Below the pieces are notes generated by a model, which did no database searches, was not told the origin of the DNA, and saw only the letters and a program-made list of their open reading frames with translations. Source: Mycobacterium tuberculosis H37Rv (GTDB lineage Bacteria > Actinomycetota > Actinomycetes > Mycobacteriales > Mycobacteriaceae). Taken from it: 32,000 nt of DNA. Of this stretch, positions 9,456 to 18,334 are shown one piece after another. The position numbers and the translations under genes were made by a program. Numbering within the stretch: the stretch's first letter is position 1; every line of letters begins with the position of its first letter. The stretch lies in contig NC_000962.3 of the NCBI RefSeq assembly GCF_000195955.2, forward strand, positions 450,001 to 482,000, written 5' to 3'.

Positions 9456-12002
9456 TCAGCCCAGGATCAGCGAGTCGGCGTCGGGGCTGACGTTGACCGG
9501 CACGGTATCGCCGTCGTGCACCTGGCCGGCCAACAGCATCTTGGCCAGCTGGTCACCGATGGCCTGCTGCACCAGCCGGCGCAACGGCCGCGCCCCGTAC
9601 ACCGGGTCGAATCCGCGCTGCGCCAACCAGCGCTTGGCCGGCAGCGAGACCTGCAGCTGCAGCCGCCGCTGCGCCAGCCGCTTGCCCAGCTGCGCCAGCT
9701 GGATGTCGACGATGCGCACCAGCTCTTCGGGGTTGAGACCCTCAAAGATGAGCACGTCGTCGAGCCGGTTGATGAACTCCGGCTTGAACGTAGCGCGCAC
9801 CGCGGCCAGCACCTGCTCGGCGCTGCCACCCGACCCCAGGTTGGACGTCAGGATCAAGATGGTGTTGCGGAAGTCGACCGTGCGGCCGTGCCCGTCGGTG
9901 AGCCGGCCCTCGTCGAGGACCTGCAGCAGCACGTCGAACACGTCCGGGTGCGCCTTCTCGATCTCGTCGAACAGCACCACCGTGTAGGGACGCCGGCGCA
10001 CCGCCTCGGTCAGCTGACCGCCCGCCTCGTATCCCACATAGCCGGGCGGGGCGCCGATCAACCGAGCCACGGTGTGCTTCTCGCCGTACTCGCTCATGTC
10101 GATGCGGACCATCGCCCGCTCGTCGTCGAACAGGAAGTCGGCCAGCGCCTTGGCCAGCTCGGTCTTGCCGACACCGGTCGGGCCGAGGAACATGAACGCC
10201 CCGGTGGGCCGGTTGGGGTCGGACACCCCGGCCCGGCTGCGCCGCACCGCATCAGAGACTGCGGTAACCGCGGCCTTCTGCCCGATGACCCGCTTGCCCA
10301 GCTCGTCTTCCATGCGCAGCAGCTTGGCGGTCTCGCCTTCCAGCAGCCGACCGGCCGGGATGCCGGTCCACGCCGACACCACGTCGGCGATGTCGTCGGG
10401 ACCGACCTCCTCCTTGAGCATCACCTGCTCCCGGGCCTGCGCCTGCGGCAACGCCGCGTCGAGCTTCTTCTCCACCTCGGGGATGCGTCCGTAGCGCAGC
10501 TCGGCGGCCTTGGCCAGGTCGCCGTCGCGTTCGGCCCGCTCGGATTCCCCGCGCAGGGCTTCCAGCTGCTCCTTGAGGTCGCGGACGATTTCGATCGCGT
10601 TCTTCTCGTTCTGCCAGCGGGTGGTGAGCTCGGCCAACTTCTCTTTCTGGTCGGCCAGCTCGGAGCGCAGCTTGGCCAACCGCTCCGCCGACGCCTCGTC
10701 TTCTTCTTTGGACAGCGCCATCTCTTCGATCTCCAGCCGGCGCACCAGCCGCTCGACCTCGTCGATCTCGACGGGCCGCGAGTCGATCTCCATCCGCAGC
10801 CGGCTGGCCGCCTCGTCGACCAGGTCGATGGCCTTGTCGGGCAGGAAGCGGGCGGTGATATACCGGTCGCTCAAAGTGGCAGCTGCCACCAGCGCCGAGT
10901 CGGTGATGCGCACCCCGTGGTGCACCTCGTAGCGGTCTTTGAGCCCGCGCAGGATGCCGATGGTGTCCTCCACCGACGGCTCGCCGACGTACACCTGTTG
11001 GAAACGGCGCTCGAGCGCGGCGTCCTTCTCGATGTGCTTGCGGTATTCGTCCAGCGTGGTCGCCCCGACCAGCCGTAACTCGCCGCGGGCCAGCATCGGC
11101 TTGATCATGTTGCCGGCGTCCATCGCCCCCTCGCCGGTGGCGCCGGCGCCGACGATGGTGTGCAGCTCGTCGATGAACGTGATGATTTGGCCGGCCGAGT
11201 TCTTGATGTCGTCGAGGACGGCCTTGAGCCGTTCCTCGAATTCGCCGCGGTATTTGGAGCCGGCGACCATCGAGCCGAGATCGAGCGCGACGATGGTCTT
11301 GTCGCGCAAGCTCTCCGGCACGTCGCCGGCCACGATGCGCTGCGCCAGGCCCTCCACGATCGCGGTCTTGCCGACGCCGGGCTCACCGATCAGCACCGGG
11401 TTGTTCTTGGTGCGACGGGACAGCACCTGCACCACGCGGCGGATCTCGTTGTCGCGGCCGATGACCGGGTCGAGTTTGCCTTCGCGGGCGCGGGCGGTCA
11501 GGTCGGTGGAGTACTTCTGCAGCGCCTGATAGGTCGCCTCCGGTTCGGGGCTGGTGACCCGGGCGCTGCCGCGCACCTTGACGAACGCCTCCCGCAGCGC
11601 CTGCGGCGAGGCGCCGTGGCCGGTCAACAGCTTGGCGACGTCGGAGTCACCGGTGGCCAGCCCGACCATCACGTGCTCGGTGGAGACGTACTCGTCGTCC
11701 AGCTCGGTGGCCAGCTGCTGCGCGGTGGTGATCGCCGCTAACGACTCGCGGGACAGCTGCGGCTGCGTGCTGGCTCCAGTCGCCTGCGGCAAACGGTCGA
11801 GCAGGCGCTGGGTTTCGGCGCGGACGGTGGCGGGCTCGACACCGACAGCCTCCAGTAGCGGTGCGGCGATACCGTCGTTTTGGGTCAGCAGCGCCATCAG
11901 CAGGTGAGCGGGCCGGATCTCGGGATTGCCGGCGGTCGAAGCCGCCTGTAACGCCGCGGTTAGCGCCGCCTGCGTCTTGGTCGTCGGGTTAAACGAGTCC
12001 AC
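9456..12002 (-). CDS. clpB: ClpB disaggregase (Hsp100 AAA+ chaperone)
   Basis: Two AAA+ modules with Walker A motifs GEPGVGKT and GPTGVGKT, plus a long coiled-coil M-domain. I chose GTG 12002-12000 (848 aa, [14 protein letters not shown]...) because GGAGG lies at 12007-12011 just upstream. The track ORF's extra 29 codons run into the intergenic region. Confidence 0.97.
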   Translation of the reverse strand: MDSFNPTTKTQAALTAALQAASTAGNPEIRPAHLLMALLTQNDGIAAPLLEAVGVEPATVRAETQRLLDRLPQATGASTQPQLSRESLAAITTAQQLATELDDEYVSTEHVMVGLATGDSDVAKLLTGHGASPQALREAFVKVRGSARVTSPEPEATYQALQKYSTDLTARAREGKLDPVIGRDNEIRRVVQVLSRRTKNNPVLIGEPGVGKTAIVEGLAQRIVAGDVPESLRDKTIVALDLGSMVAGSKYRGEFEERLKAVLDDIKNSAGQIITFIDELHTIVGAGATGEGAMDAGNMIKPMLARGELRLVGATTLDEYRKHIEKDAALERRFQQVYVGEPSVEDTIGILRGLKDRYEVHHGVRITDSALVAAATLSDRYITARFLPDKAIDLVDEAASRLRMEIDSRPVEIDEVERLVRRLEIEEMALSKEEDEASAERLAKLRSELADQKEKLAELTTRWQNEKNAIEIVRDLKEQLEALRGESERAERDGDLAKAAELRYGRIPEVEKKLDAALPQAQAREQVMLKEEVGPDDIADVVSAWTGIPAGRLLEGETAKLLRMEDELGKRVIGQKAAVTAVSDAVRRSRAGVSDPNRPTGAFMFLGPTGVGKTELAKALADFLFDDERAMVRIDMSEYGEKHTVARLIGAPPGYVGYEAGGQLTEAVRRRPYTVVLFDEIEKAHPDVFDVLLQVLDEGRLTDGHGRTVDFRNTILILTSNLGSGGSAEQVLAAVRATFKPEFINRLDDVLIFEGLNPEELVRIVDIQLAQLGKRLAQRRLQLQVSLPAKRWLAQRGFDPVYGARPLRRLVQQAIGDQLAKMLLAGQVHDGDTVPVNVSPDADSLILG

Positions 12003-12060
12003 GACACCTCCATTCGGGGTCCGTTCGAAATGCTTGTCGGGTTGTTCAACGCCGTCAATG

Positions 12061-12079
12061 TTGAGTCTGTTCCGCTCAA
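12061..12079. promoter_or_regulatory. HAIR-like inverted repeat (candidate HspR operator) upstream of clpB
   Basis: TTGAGT-ctgttcc-GCTCAA, with 5-bp perfect arms TTGAG/CTCAA. This gives about 11/14 matches to the HspR-associated inverted repeat consensus CTTGAGT-N7-ACTCAAG as I recall it. It lies 59-77 nt upstream of the clpB GTG. Confidence 0.55.
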
Positions 12080-12134
12080 TTTTACCCACTTGTGCATCCG
12101 CCGCCGTTTCGCCGCGAGCTTAGAATCGAGGTCC

Positions 12135-13307
12135 GTGGGCCTCGAGGACCGGGACGCGTTGCGGGTGTTGCAAAACGCCTTCAAGCTCGACGACCCGGAA
12201 CTGGTCCGCCGCTTCTATGCCCATTGGTTTGCCCTCGACGCCTCGGTACGCGACCTGTTCCCACCCGACATGGGCGCCCAGCGAGCCGCTTTCGGGCAGG
12301 CGCTGCACTGGGTGTACGGCGAGCTGGTGGCGCAGCGCGCCGAGGAACCGGTGGCCTTTCTTGCCCAGCTCGGCCGCGACCACCGCAAATACGGTGTGCT
12401 GCCAACCCAGTACGACACGTTGCGCCGCGCGCTGTATACGACCCTGCGTGACTATCTGGGCCATCCAAGCCGGGGCGCCTGGACGGACGCCGTCGACGAG
12501 GCCGCCGGCCAGTCGCTCAACCTGATCATCGGGGTGATGAGCGGTGCCGCGGACGCCGATGACGCGCCCGCCTGGTGGGACGGCACGGTCGTCGAGCACA
12601 TCCGGGTGTCACGCGACCTTGCTGTCGCTCGGCTGCAGCTGGACCGCCCGCTGCACTATTACCCTGGCCAATACGTCAACGTGCATGTTCCGCAATGCCC
12701 CCGCCGGTGGCGATATCTCAGCCCAGCCATTCCGGCCGACCCGAACGGGCGGATCGAGTTTCACGTCCGGGTGGTTCCCGGTGGCCTGGTCAGCAACGCC
12801 ATCGTGGGTGAAACTCGGCCCGGTGACCGGTGGCGATTGTCCGGTCCGCACGGAGCCTTTCGGGTGGACCGCGACGGCGGCGACGTGCTCATGGTCGCCG
12901 GTAGCACCGGGCTGGCGCCGCTGCGGGCGCTGATCATCGACCTCAGCCGCTTCGCGGTGAATCCGCGCGTGCACCTGTTCTTCGGAGCACGCTATGCCTG
13001 CGAACTCTACGACCTGCCCACGCTGTGGCAGATCGCGGCGCACAATCCGTGGCTGTCGGTCTCGCCGGTGTCGGAGTACAACGGTGATCCGGCTTGGGCC
13101 GCCGACTATCCCGACGTGTCGGCGCCGCGCGGTCTGCACGTGCGCCAGACCGGCCGACTACCCGATGTGGTCTCCCGATACGGCGGCTGGGGCGATCGGC
13201 AGATTCTGATCTGCGGTGGACCGGCCATGGTCCGCGCCACCAAGGCCGCCCTGATCGCCAAAGGCGCGCCACCGGAGCGCATTCAGCACGACCCACTGTC
13301 GCGCTAG
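12135..13307 (+). CDS. Globin-domain / ferredoxin-NADP reductase-type fusion oxidoreductase, flavohemoprotein-like (Rv0385-like)
   Basis: The N-terminal globin-like region includes GRDHRKYGVLPTQYD (proximal-His-type motif). The C-terminal FNR-like module has RYLSPA (RxYS-type FAD motif) and GSTGLAPL (NAD(P)-binding). I chose the GTG at 12135; the track ORF start at 12030 would sit inside the clpB upstream region. Confidence 0.88.
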   Translation: MGLEDRDALRVLQNAFKLDDPELVRRFYAHWFALDASVRDLFPPDMGAQRAAFGQALHWVYGELVAQRAEEPVAFLAQLGRDHRKYGVLPTQYDTLRRALYTTLRDYLGHPSRGAWTDAVDEAAGQSLNLIIGVMSGAADADDAPAWWDGTVVEHIRVSRDLAVARLQLDRPLHYYPGQYVNVHVPQCPRRWRYLSPAIPADPNGRIEFHVRVVPGGLVSNAIVGETRPGDRWRLSGPHGAFRVDRDGGDVLMVAGSTGLAPLRALIIDLSRFAVNPRVHLFFGARYACELYDLPTLWQIAAHNPWLSVSPVSEYNGDPAWAADYPDVSAPRGLHVRQTGRLPDVVSRYGGWGDRQILICGGPAMVRATKAALIAKGAPPERIQHDPLSR

Positions 13308-13410
13308 CCGGGCGGAAATCCACCGTCCGGTGGCGTCGCTTCGACATGGCATACGGCCTTTGCTACCCGGTCACCGCTGGCTAGCATGAGTGCGACTGAG
13401 TGGAGCGGGG

Positions 13411-16400
13411 ATGAGCAAGTTGCTGCCACGGGGCACAGTGACATTGCTGTTGGCCGACGTCGAGGGATCCACCTGGCTGTGGGAGACCCATCCAGACGAC
13501 ATGGGTGCTGCCGTGGCGCGCCTCGACAAAGCCGTGTCTGGTGTGATTGCCGCCCATGACGGCGTACGCCCAGTCGAGCAGGGTGAGGGTGATAGCTTTG
13601 TCCTCGCGTTCGCCTGCGCGTCGGATGCCGTGGCCGCCGCGTTGGACTTGCAGCGAGCGCGGCTCGCACCGATCCGGTTGCGCATAGGCGTGCACACCGG
13701 GGAGGTCGCGCTCCGCGACGAAGGCAACTATGCCGGTCCGACCATCAACCGGACCGCGCGCCTGCGTGACTTGGCGCATGGGGGCCAGACGGTGCTCTCG
13801 GGCGTGACCGAAAGCCTGGTCATCGATCGCCTCCCGGACAAAGCATGGCTGGTTGACCTGGGGACGCACGCGCTGCGGGATCTGTCGCGTCCGGAGCGGG
13901 TAATGCAGCTGTGTCATCCCGAATTGCGTATCGATTTCCCGCCGCTGCGGGTGGCCAATGACGATGTGGCCCATGGTCTTCCGGTGCACCTGACGCGTTT
14001 TGTGGGGCGCGGCGCGCAGATCACCGAGGTGCACCGGTTGGTGACCGATAACCGGTTGGTGACCCTGACCGGCGCCGGCGGCGTGGGCAAGACACGGCTG
14101 GCGGCGCAGCTCGCGGCGCAGATCGCCGGTGAGTTCGGTCGCGCGTGGTTCGTGGATCTGGCGCCGATCACGGACCCCGACTTGGTGCCGGTCACGGTGG
14201 CGGGCGCGCTGGGACTGCACGACCAGCCGGGCCGCTCCACGACGGACACCGTGCTGCGCTTTCTTGGCGGGCGTCCAGCCCTGGTGGTGCTGGATAACTG
14301 CGAGCACCTGCTGGATGCGACGGCGGCCTTGGTGTTAGCGCTGGTGAAAGCGTGCCGGGGGGTGAGGTTGCTGGCAACTTGTCGTGAGCCGCTCCGGGTC
14401 GAGGGTGAGGTGAGCTACCGGGTGCCGTCGCTGTCACTGAGCGATGAAGCCGTTGAGATGTTTTGCTACCGGGCTCAGCGAGTCCGGCCGGACTTTCGCC
14501 TCACCGACGACAACTCCGCCGCAGTGACCGAGATCTGCAAACGGCTGGACGGTTTGCCGCTGGCGATCGAGCTGGCGGCTGCGCGGCTGCGGTCGATGAC
14601 GCTTGACGAGATCATCGATGGCTTGCGTGACCGGTTCGCGCTGTTGACCGGCGGTGCGCGCACGGCCGCGCACCGGCAGCAGACGCTGTGGGCCTCGGTG
14701 GATTGGTCGTACACGCTATTGACCGAGCCGGAACGTACCTTGTTTCGCCGGCTTGCGGTGTTTGTGGGTTGCTTTTTTGTCGACGACGCACAGGCGGTTG
14801 CCTGCAGCGGCGATGTGCAGCGCTACCAGGTCCTTGACGAGATCACCCTGCTGGTCGACAAGTCACTGGTGATGGCCGACGACAACAGCGGCCGGACGTG
14901 CTATCGGTTATGCGAGACGATGCGCCACTACGCGTTGGAAAAACTCTCCGAGGCTGGCGAGGTGGACGCCGTGTTTGCGCGGCACCGTGACTACTACACG
15001 GCGCTGGCTGCCAGGGTCGACAATCCCGGACCCTCCGATTATTCGCACTGCCTCGACCAAGCCGAAACCGAGATCGACAACCTACGTGCCGCCTTTGTGT
15101 GGAACCGGGAAAATTCCGACACCGAGGGCGCCTTGGCGCTGGCGTCCTCCCTGTTGCGGGTATGGATGACGCGGGGGCGCATCCAGGAGGGGCGCGCCTG
15201 GTTTGACAGCATTCTTGCCGACGAGAATGCGCGTCATCTCGAGGTGGCGGCCGCGGTGCGCGCCCGGGCATTGGCCGACAAGGCCCTGCTCGACATCTTC
15301 GTCGACGCCGCCGCCGGTATGGAGCAGGCCCAACAGGCTTTGGTGATCGCGCGCGAGGTCGATGAACCGGCGCTGCTGTCCCGGGCGCTCACGGCCTGCG
15401 GCTTGATCGCGGTAGCGGTAGCTCGCGCCGATGCGGCCGCGTCTTATTTCGCCGAGGCGATCGACCTGGCACGAGCGGTAGACGACCGGTGGAGGCTGGC
15501 CCAGATCCTTACCTTTCAGGCGGTCGATGCGGTCGTGGCGGGTGACCCGGTCGCGGCACGCCCGGCCGCCCAAGAGGCACGCGAGCTGGCTGCCGCGATC
15601 GGTGACCACTCCAATGCGCTGTGGTGCCGCTGGTGTCTCGGCTACGCCCAGCTGATGCGGGGGGAGCTGGCCGCGGCCGCCGCCCAATTCGGCGAGGTGG
15701 TGGACGAGGCCGAGGCGTCTCAGGAAGTGCTGCACAAGGCCAACAGCCTGCAGGGCCTGGCCTTCGCGCTCGCCTACCAGGGTGAATTGAGTGCGGCTAG
15801 GGCGGCGGCCGACGCCGCTCTCGAGGCCGCCGAGCTGGGCGAGTACTTCGCGGGTATGGGCTACTCGGCGTTGACCACGGCCGCGTTGGCCGCCGGCGAC
15901 GTGCAGACGGCTCAACATGCCAGCGAGGCGGCCTGGCGGAACTTGAGTTTGGCGCTGCCCCTCTCGGCAGCGGTGCAGCGCGCGTTCAATGCCCAGGCTG
16001 CACTGGCTGGTGGTGACCTTAGCGCAGCGCGTCGTTGGTGTGACGATGCCGTGCAGTCAATGACCGGCCATCATCTGGCGATGGCGCTGGCGACTCGCGC
16101 CAGGATCGCGGTCGCCGAGGGCAAGCGGGAAGAAGCCGAACGCGACGCGCATAAGGCGCTCGCGTGCGCGGCCGAGAGCGGGGCACACCTGGATCTCCCC
16201 GACGTGCTCGAATGCCTTGCCGGCCTGGCCAGCGACGCCGGCACCCACCATGCGGCGGCACGACTCTTCGGCGCCGCCGAGGCTATCCGACAGCAGATCG
16301 GCTCGGTCCGCTTCGCGATTTACCGTTCGGACTATGTGCAGTCGGTGACGGCTCTGCGAGATGCGATGGGGGAGAAAGACTTCGACGCTGCATGGGCCGA

Positions 16401-16668
16401 AGGTGCCGCGTTGTCGATCAAGGAGACGATCGCCTATGCGCAACGTGGCCACTCCTGGCGCAAACGACCGGCCACCGGTTGGGAATCGCTTACTCCGACC
16501 GAGATTGACGTCGTGCGACTGGTTGGCGAGGGACTGGCCAACAAGGACATCGCGACGCGGCTTTTCGTCTCACCGCGAACAGTGCAAACGCACCTGACGC
16601 ACGTCTACACCAAACTCGGCTTCACCTCGCGACTGCAACTCGCTCAAGCGGCCGCCCGCCGTACCTGA
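13411..16668 (+). CDS. Class III adenylyl/guanylyl cyclase fused to a STAND NTPase, helical repeats and a LuxR HTH (Rv0386-like)
   Basis: N-terminal cyclase homology domain (LLADVEGST...IGVHTGEV...GPTINRTARL). P-loop GAGGVGKT at 14071-14094. A long Ala-rich TPR-like region. C-terminal LuxR-type HTH at 16489-16665 (LTPTEIDVVRLVGEGLANKDIATRLFVSPRTVQTHL). ATG 13411 is preceded by GGAGCGGGG. Confidence 0.93.
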   Translation: MSKLLPRGTVTLLLADVEGSTWLWETHPDDMGAAVARLDKAVSGVIAAHDGVRPVEQGEGDSFVLAFACASDAVAAALDLQRARLAPIRLRIGVHTGEVALRDEGNYAGPTINRTARLRDLAHGGQTVLSGVTESLVIDRLPDKAWLVDLGTHALRDLSRPERVMQLCHPELRIDFPPLRVANDDVAHGLPVHLTRFVGRGAQITEVHRLVTDNRLVTLTGAGGVGKTRLAAQLAAQIAGEFGRAWFVDLAPITDPDLVPVTVAGALGLHDQPGRSTTDTVLRFLGGRPALVVLDNCEHLLDATAALVLALVKACRGVRLLATCREPLRVEGEVSYRVPSLSLSDEAVEMFCYRAQRVRPDFRLTDDNSAAVTEICKRLDGLPLAIELAAARLRSMTLDEIIDGLRDRFALLTGGARTAAHRQQTLWASVDWSYTLLTEPERTLFRRLAVFVGCFFVDDAQAVACSGDVQRYQVLDEITLLVDKSLVMADDNSGRTCYRLCETMRHYALEKLSEAGEVDAVFARHRDYYTALAARVDNPGPSDYSHCLDQAETEIDNLRAAFVWNRENSDTEGALALASSLLRVWMTRGRIQEGRAWFDSILADENARHLEVAAAVRARALADKALLDIFVDAAAGMEQAQQALVIAREVDEPALLSRALTACGLIAVAVARADAAASYFAEAIDLARAVDDRWRLAQILTFQAVDAVVAGDPVAARPAAQEARELAAAIGDHSNALWCRWCLGYAQLMRGELAAAAAQFGEVVDEAEASQEVLHKANSLQGLAFALAYQGELSAARAAADAALEAAELGEYFAGMGYSALTTAALAAGDVQTAQHASEAAWRNLSLALPLSAAVQRAFNAQAALAGGDLSAARRWCDDAVQSMTGHHLAMALATRARIAVAEGKREEAERDAHKALACAAESGAHLDLPDVLECLAGLASDAGTHHAAARLFGAAEAIRQQIGSVRFAIYRSDYVQSVTALRDAMGEKDFDAAWAEGAALSIKETIAYAQRGHSWRKRPATGWESLTPTEIDVVRLVGEGLANKDIATRLFVSPRTVQTHLTHVYTKLGFTSRLQLAQAAARRT

Positions 16669-16671
16669 GTG

Positions 16672-17406
16672 CTATTGATTGGCGTTCGGGGACGGCGGTA
16701 CCACGATGATGGTCGCTCCGGGGATCGCCGCCAGGGTCGCCGCAAGGTTGGCAACCACGCCGGGCGGCAAACCGGGCGGTAGGCCAGGTATGGCTGACCC
16801 GGCGGCCGCCGCGGGGACCGCGGGCGTCTGCTGGGCGGCGGGCCTGGTGGCAGCCGGGCCGGCTCCGCCGGCTCCGGCCGGGGCGGCTGCAGCCGGGGTC
16901 GGCGCGGAGCCACCGCGGGCGGCAAGACCGGCCAGACCGGTGCCGGCCAAACCCGCCGCTGCCAGGCCGGCGTAGGAGCCGTCCGAACTCCCCGTCATAT
17001 ACATCGGAGTCGCGCCGGGGAACATCGCCGCAACTTGGCGCACCGCTGGCGGAAGATTCCAGCTGTGCGGCACGGAGAGTCCGCCGATGTTAGCGGAGTA
17101 GCCGGTGAGCGCGGCGACCGGCGGCTGTGGCGGGCTGGTGACCCGTCCTCCGACCTCAGGGAGATCCCCGTCACCCGCGGCCCCAGCGGGTGTCTGGTCG
17201 GATTCGGCTGGGCAATGCGGCGCCTTTTGGGCCTCGTCGACCACGTCGTGGCGGTAGATCTCGCCGAGCTGCGCCGCCGATACCCCCAAACTGCCAGCCG
17301 CGACGGCTACAGCTGCGGCTACGAGAACGTCAAGATCCTCGATGGGGTTCGGAATGGCGTCGAAGGGCGGCGGTAGGAAGGACTGCAGGGTTGGTAGCAG
17401 GCTCAC
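16672..17406 (-). CDS. PPE C-terminal-type fragment (Rv0387c-like), probably the displaced 3' part of PPE9
   Basis: Ala/Pro/Gly-rich. It contains GGLSVPHSW, which is the GxxSVPxxW motif of SVP-type PPE proteins. The start at 17406 (GTG) is nominal, since the frame is open up to 17631. Confidence 0.6.
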   Translation of the reverse strand: MSLLPTLQSFLPPPFDAIPNPIEDLDVLVAAAVAVAAGSLGVSAAQLGEIYRHDVVDEAQKAPHCPAESDQTPAGAAGDGDLPEVGGRVTSPPQPPVAALTGYSANIGGLSVPHSWNLPPAVRQVAAMFPGATPMYMTGSSDGSYAGLAAAGLAGTGLAGLAARGGSAPTPAAAAPAGAGGAGPAATRPAAQQTPAVPAAAAGSAIPGLPPGLPPGVVANLAATLAAIPGATIIVVPPSPNANQ

Positions 17407-17458
17407 GTCGGTCGCCGCGGCGGCCGGTACTACCGCCTGAGCCGCTGTCGCGGCGGCG

Positions 17459-18001
17459 TCACTCAGCGACCCGGCCCCGCTGGTGGTCGCCGGTGGCGGG
17501 TGAACGGCGCAACTGGGACGCGGCCCCCGAGGCGCCCGCATAGCCGTCCATCGCCAAGATGTCATGGGCCCACATTTCGCCGTAGTGCGTTTCACTAGTC
17601 GCGATCGCCGGGGTGTTCTGTCCAAAAACATTGGTCTGGACCAGTGACAGCATTGTGCGGCGGTTGGCCGCGATTACCGTCGGGGGCACGGTCGCCGCGT
17701 ACGCCGACTCGTAGGCGTTCGCCGCGGCCACGGCCTGAGCCGCGGCCTGCTCGGCCGAGGCGGCGGTGGCCCTCATCCACGCGACATAGGGGACGGCCGC
17801 GGCCGCCATCGACAGTGCCGACGGGCCCAGCCAGTCATCGCCGGTGAGCCCGGAAATCACCGAGGAGTAGGAAGCCGCCGTCGCGGTCAGTTCGTTGGCC
17901 AGCCGTTGCCAGGCTGCGGCCGCTTGCATCAGGGGCCTGGAGCCGGGACCGGAATAGATTCTGGCGGAGTTGATTTCCGGTGGTAGCGCACCGAAATCCA
18001 T
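17459..18001 (-). CDS. PPE9: PPE N-terminal domain fragment (Rv0388c/PPE9-like)
   Basis: 180 aa. [21 protein letters not shown]...EYGEMWA-type motif ([20 protein letters not shown]). A GAGGAG RBS lies about 10 nt upstream of ATG 18001. Confidence 0.85.
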   Translation of the reverse strand: MDFGALPPEINSARIYSGPGSRPLMQAAAAWQRLANELTATAASYSSVISGLTGDDWLGPSALSMAAAAVPYVAWMRATAASAEQAAAQAVAAANAYESAYAATVPPTVIAANRRTMLSLVQTNVFGQNTPAIATSETHYGEMWAHDILAMDGYAGASGAASQLRRSPATGDHQRGRVAE

Positions 18002-18334
18002 GACTAGCCGCTCCTCACACCGGCAGCAGCCTCAGCGCTGCGTGGCTGGGTCGTCACGAAAGACACGGATTCTCCTTTGCCGAAGCTGTCCGGTCCGCGC
18101 AGGGTTCGTCGCTGCCGCGAGCCAGGCGACTGGGCGCATACCTATTCGGGTGGCGGCAACCATGTCGGAGCCGGATGGATGGCTAAGCGGTCATCAAGTT
18201 CGGATGGCTTGGGTTATCAGGTCACTCAGTTGCCCCCACCTCCTCATAGCAAAAGTACACAGGCAGATGTGAGCGGAGTTGCGAAAATAGACAAATAATT
18301 GAGCCGAGCAACGACCGAGCGAGAGGGTGAGCTG

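Larger units (their letters stand above)
16672..18001 (-). pseudogene. PPE9: PPE-family gene (SVP subgroup) split into two reading frames
   Basis: The N-terminal PPE domain ORF (17459-18001) and a second-frame ORF (open 16672-17631) carry contiguous PPE-like sequence. The frame switch appears to lie at about 17485-17518. See the finding for details. Confidence 0.6.

Noticed and set aside
9318..11078. 586-aa plus-strand ORF, among the longest in the track
   Set aside because: It lies entirely antisense to clpB, whose product has unmistakable AAA+ motifs. The translation is Arg/Leu/Gly/Pro/His-rich low-complexity sequence with no recognisable domain. This is the usual stop-codon-poor shadow frame of high-GC DNA.
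13381..14307. 308-aa minus-strand ORF
   Set aside because: It is antisense to the cyclase and P-loop region of the Rv0386-like gene. Its product is Arg/His/Gln-rich with no domain signature.
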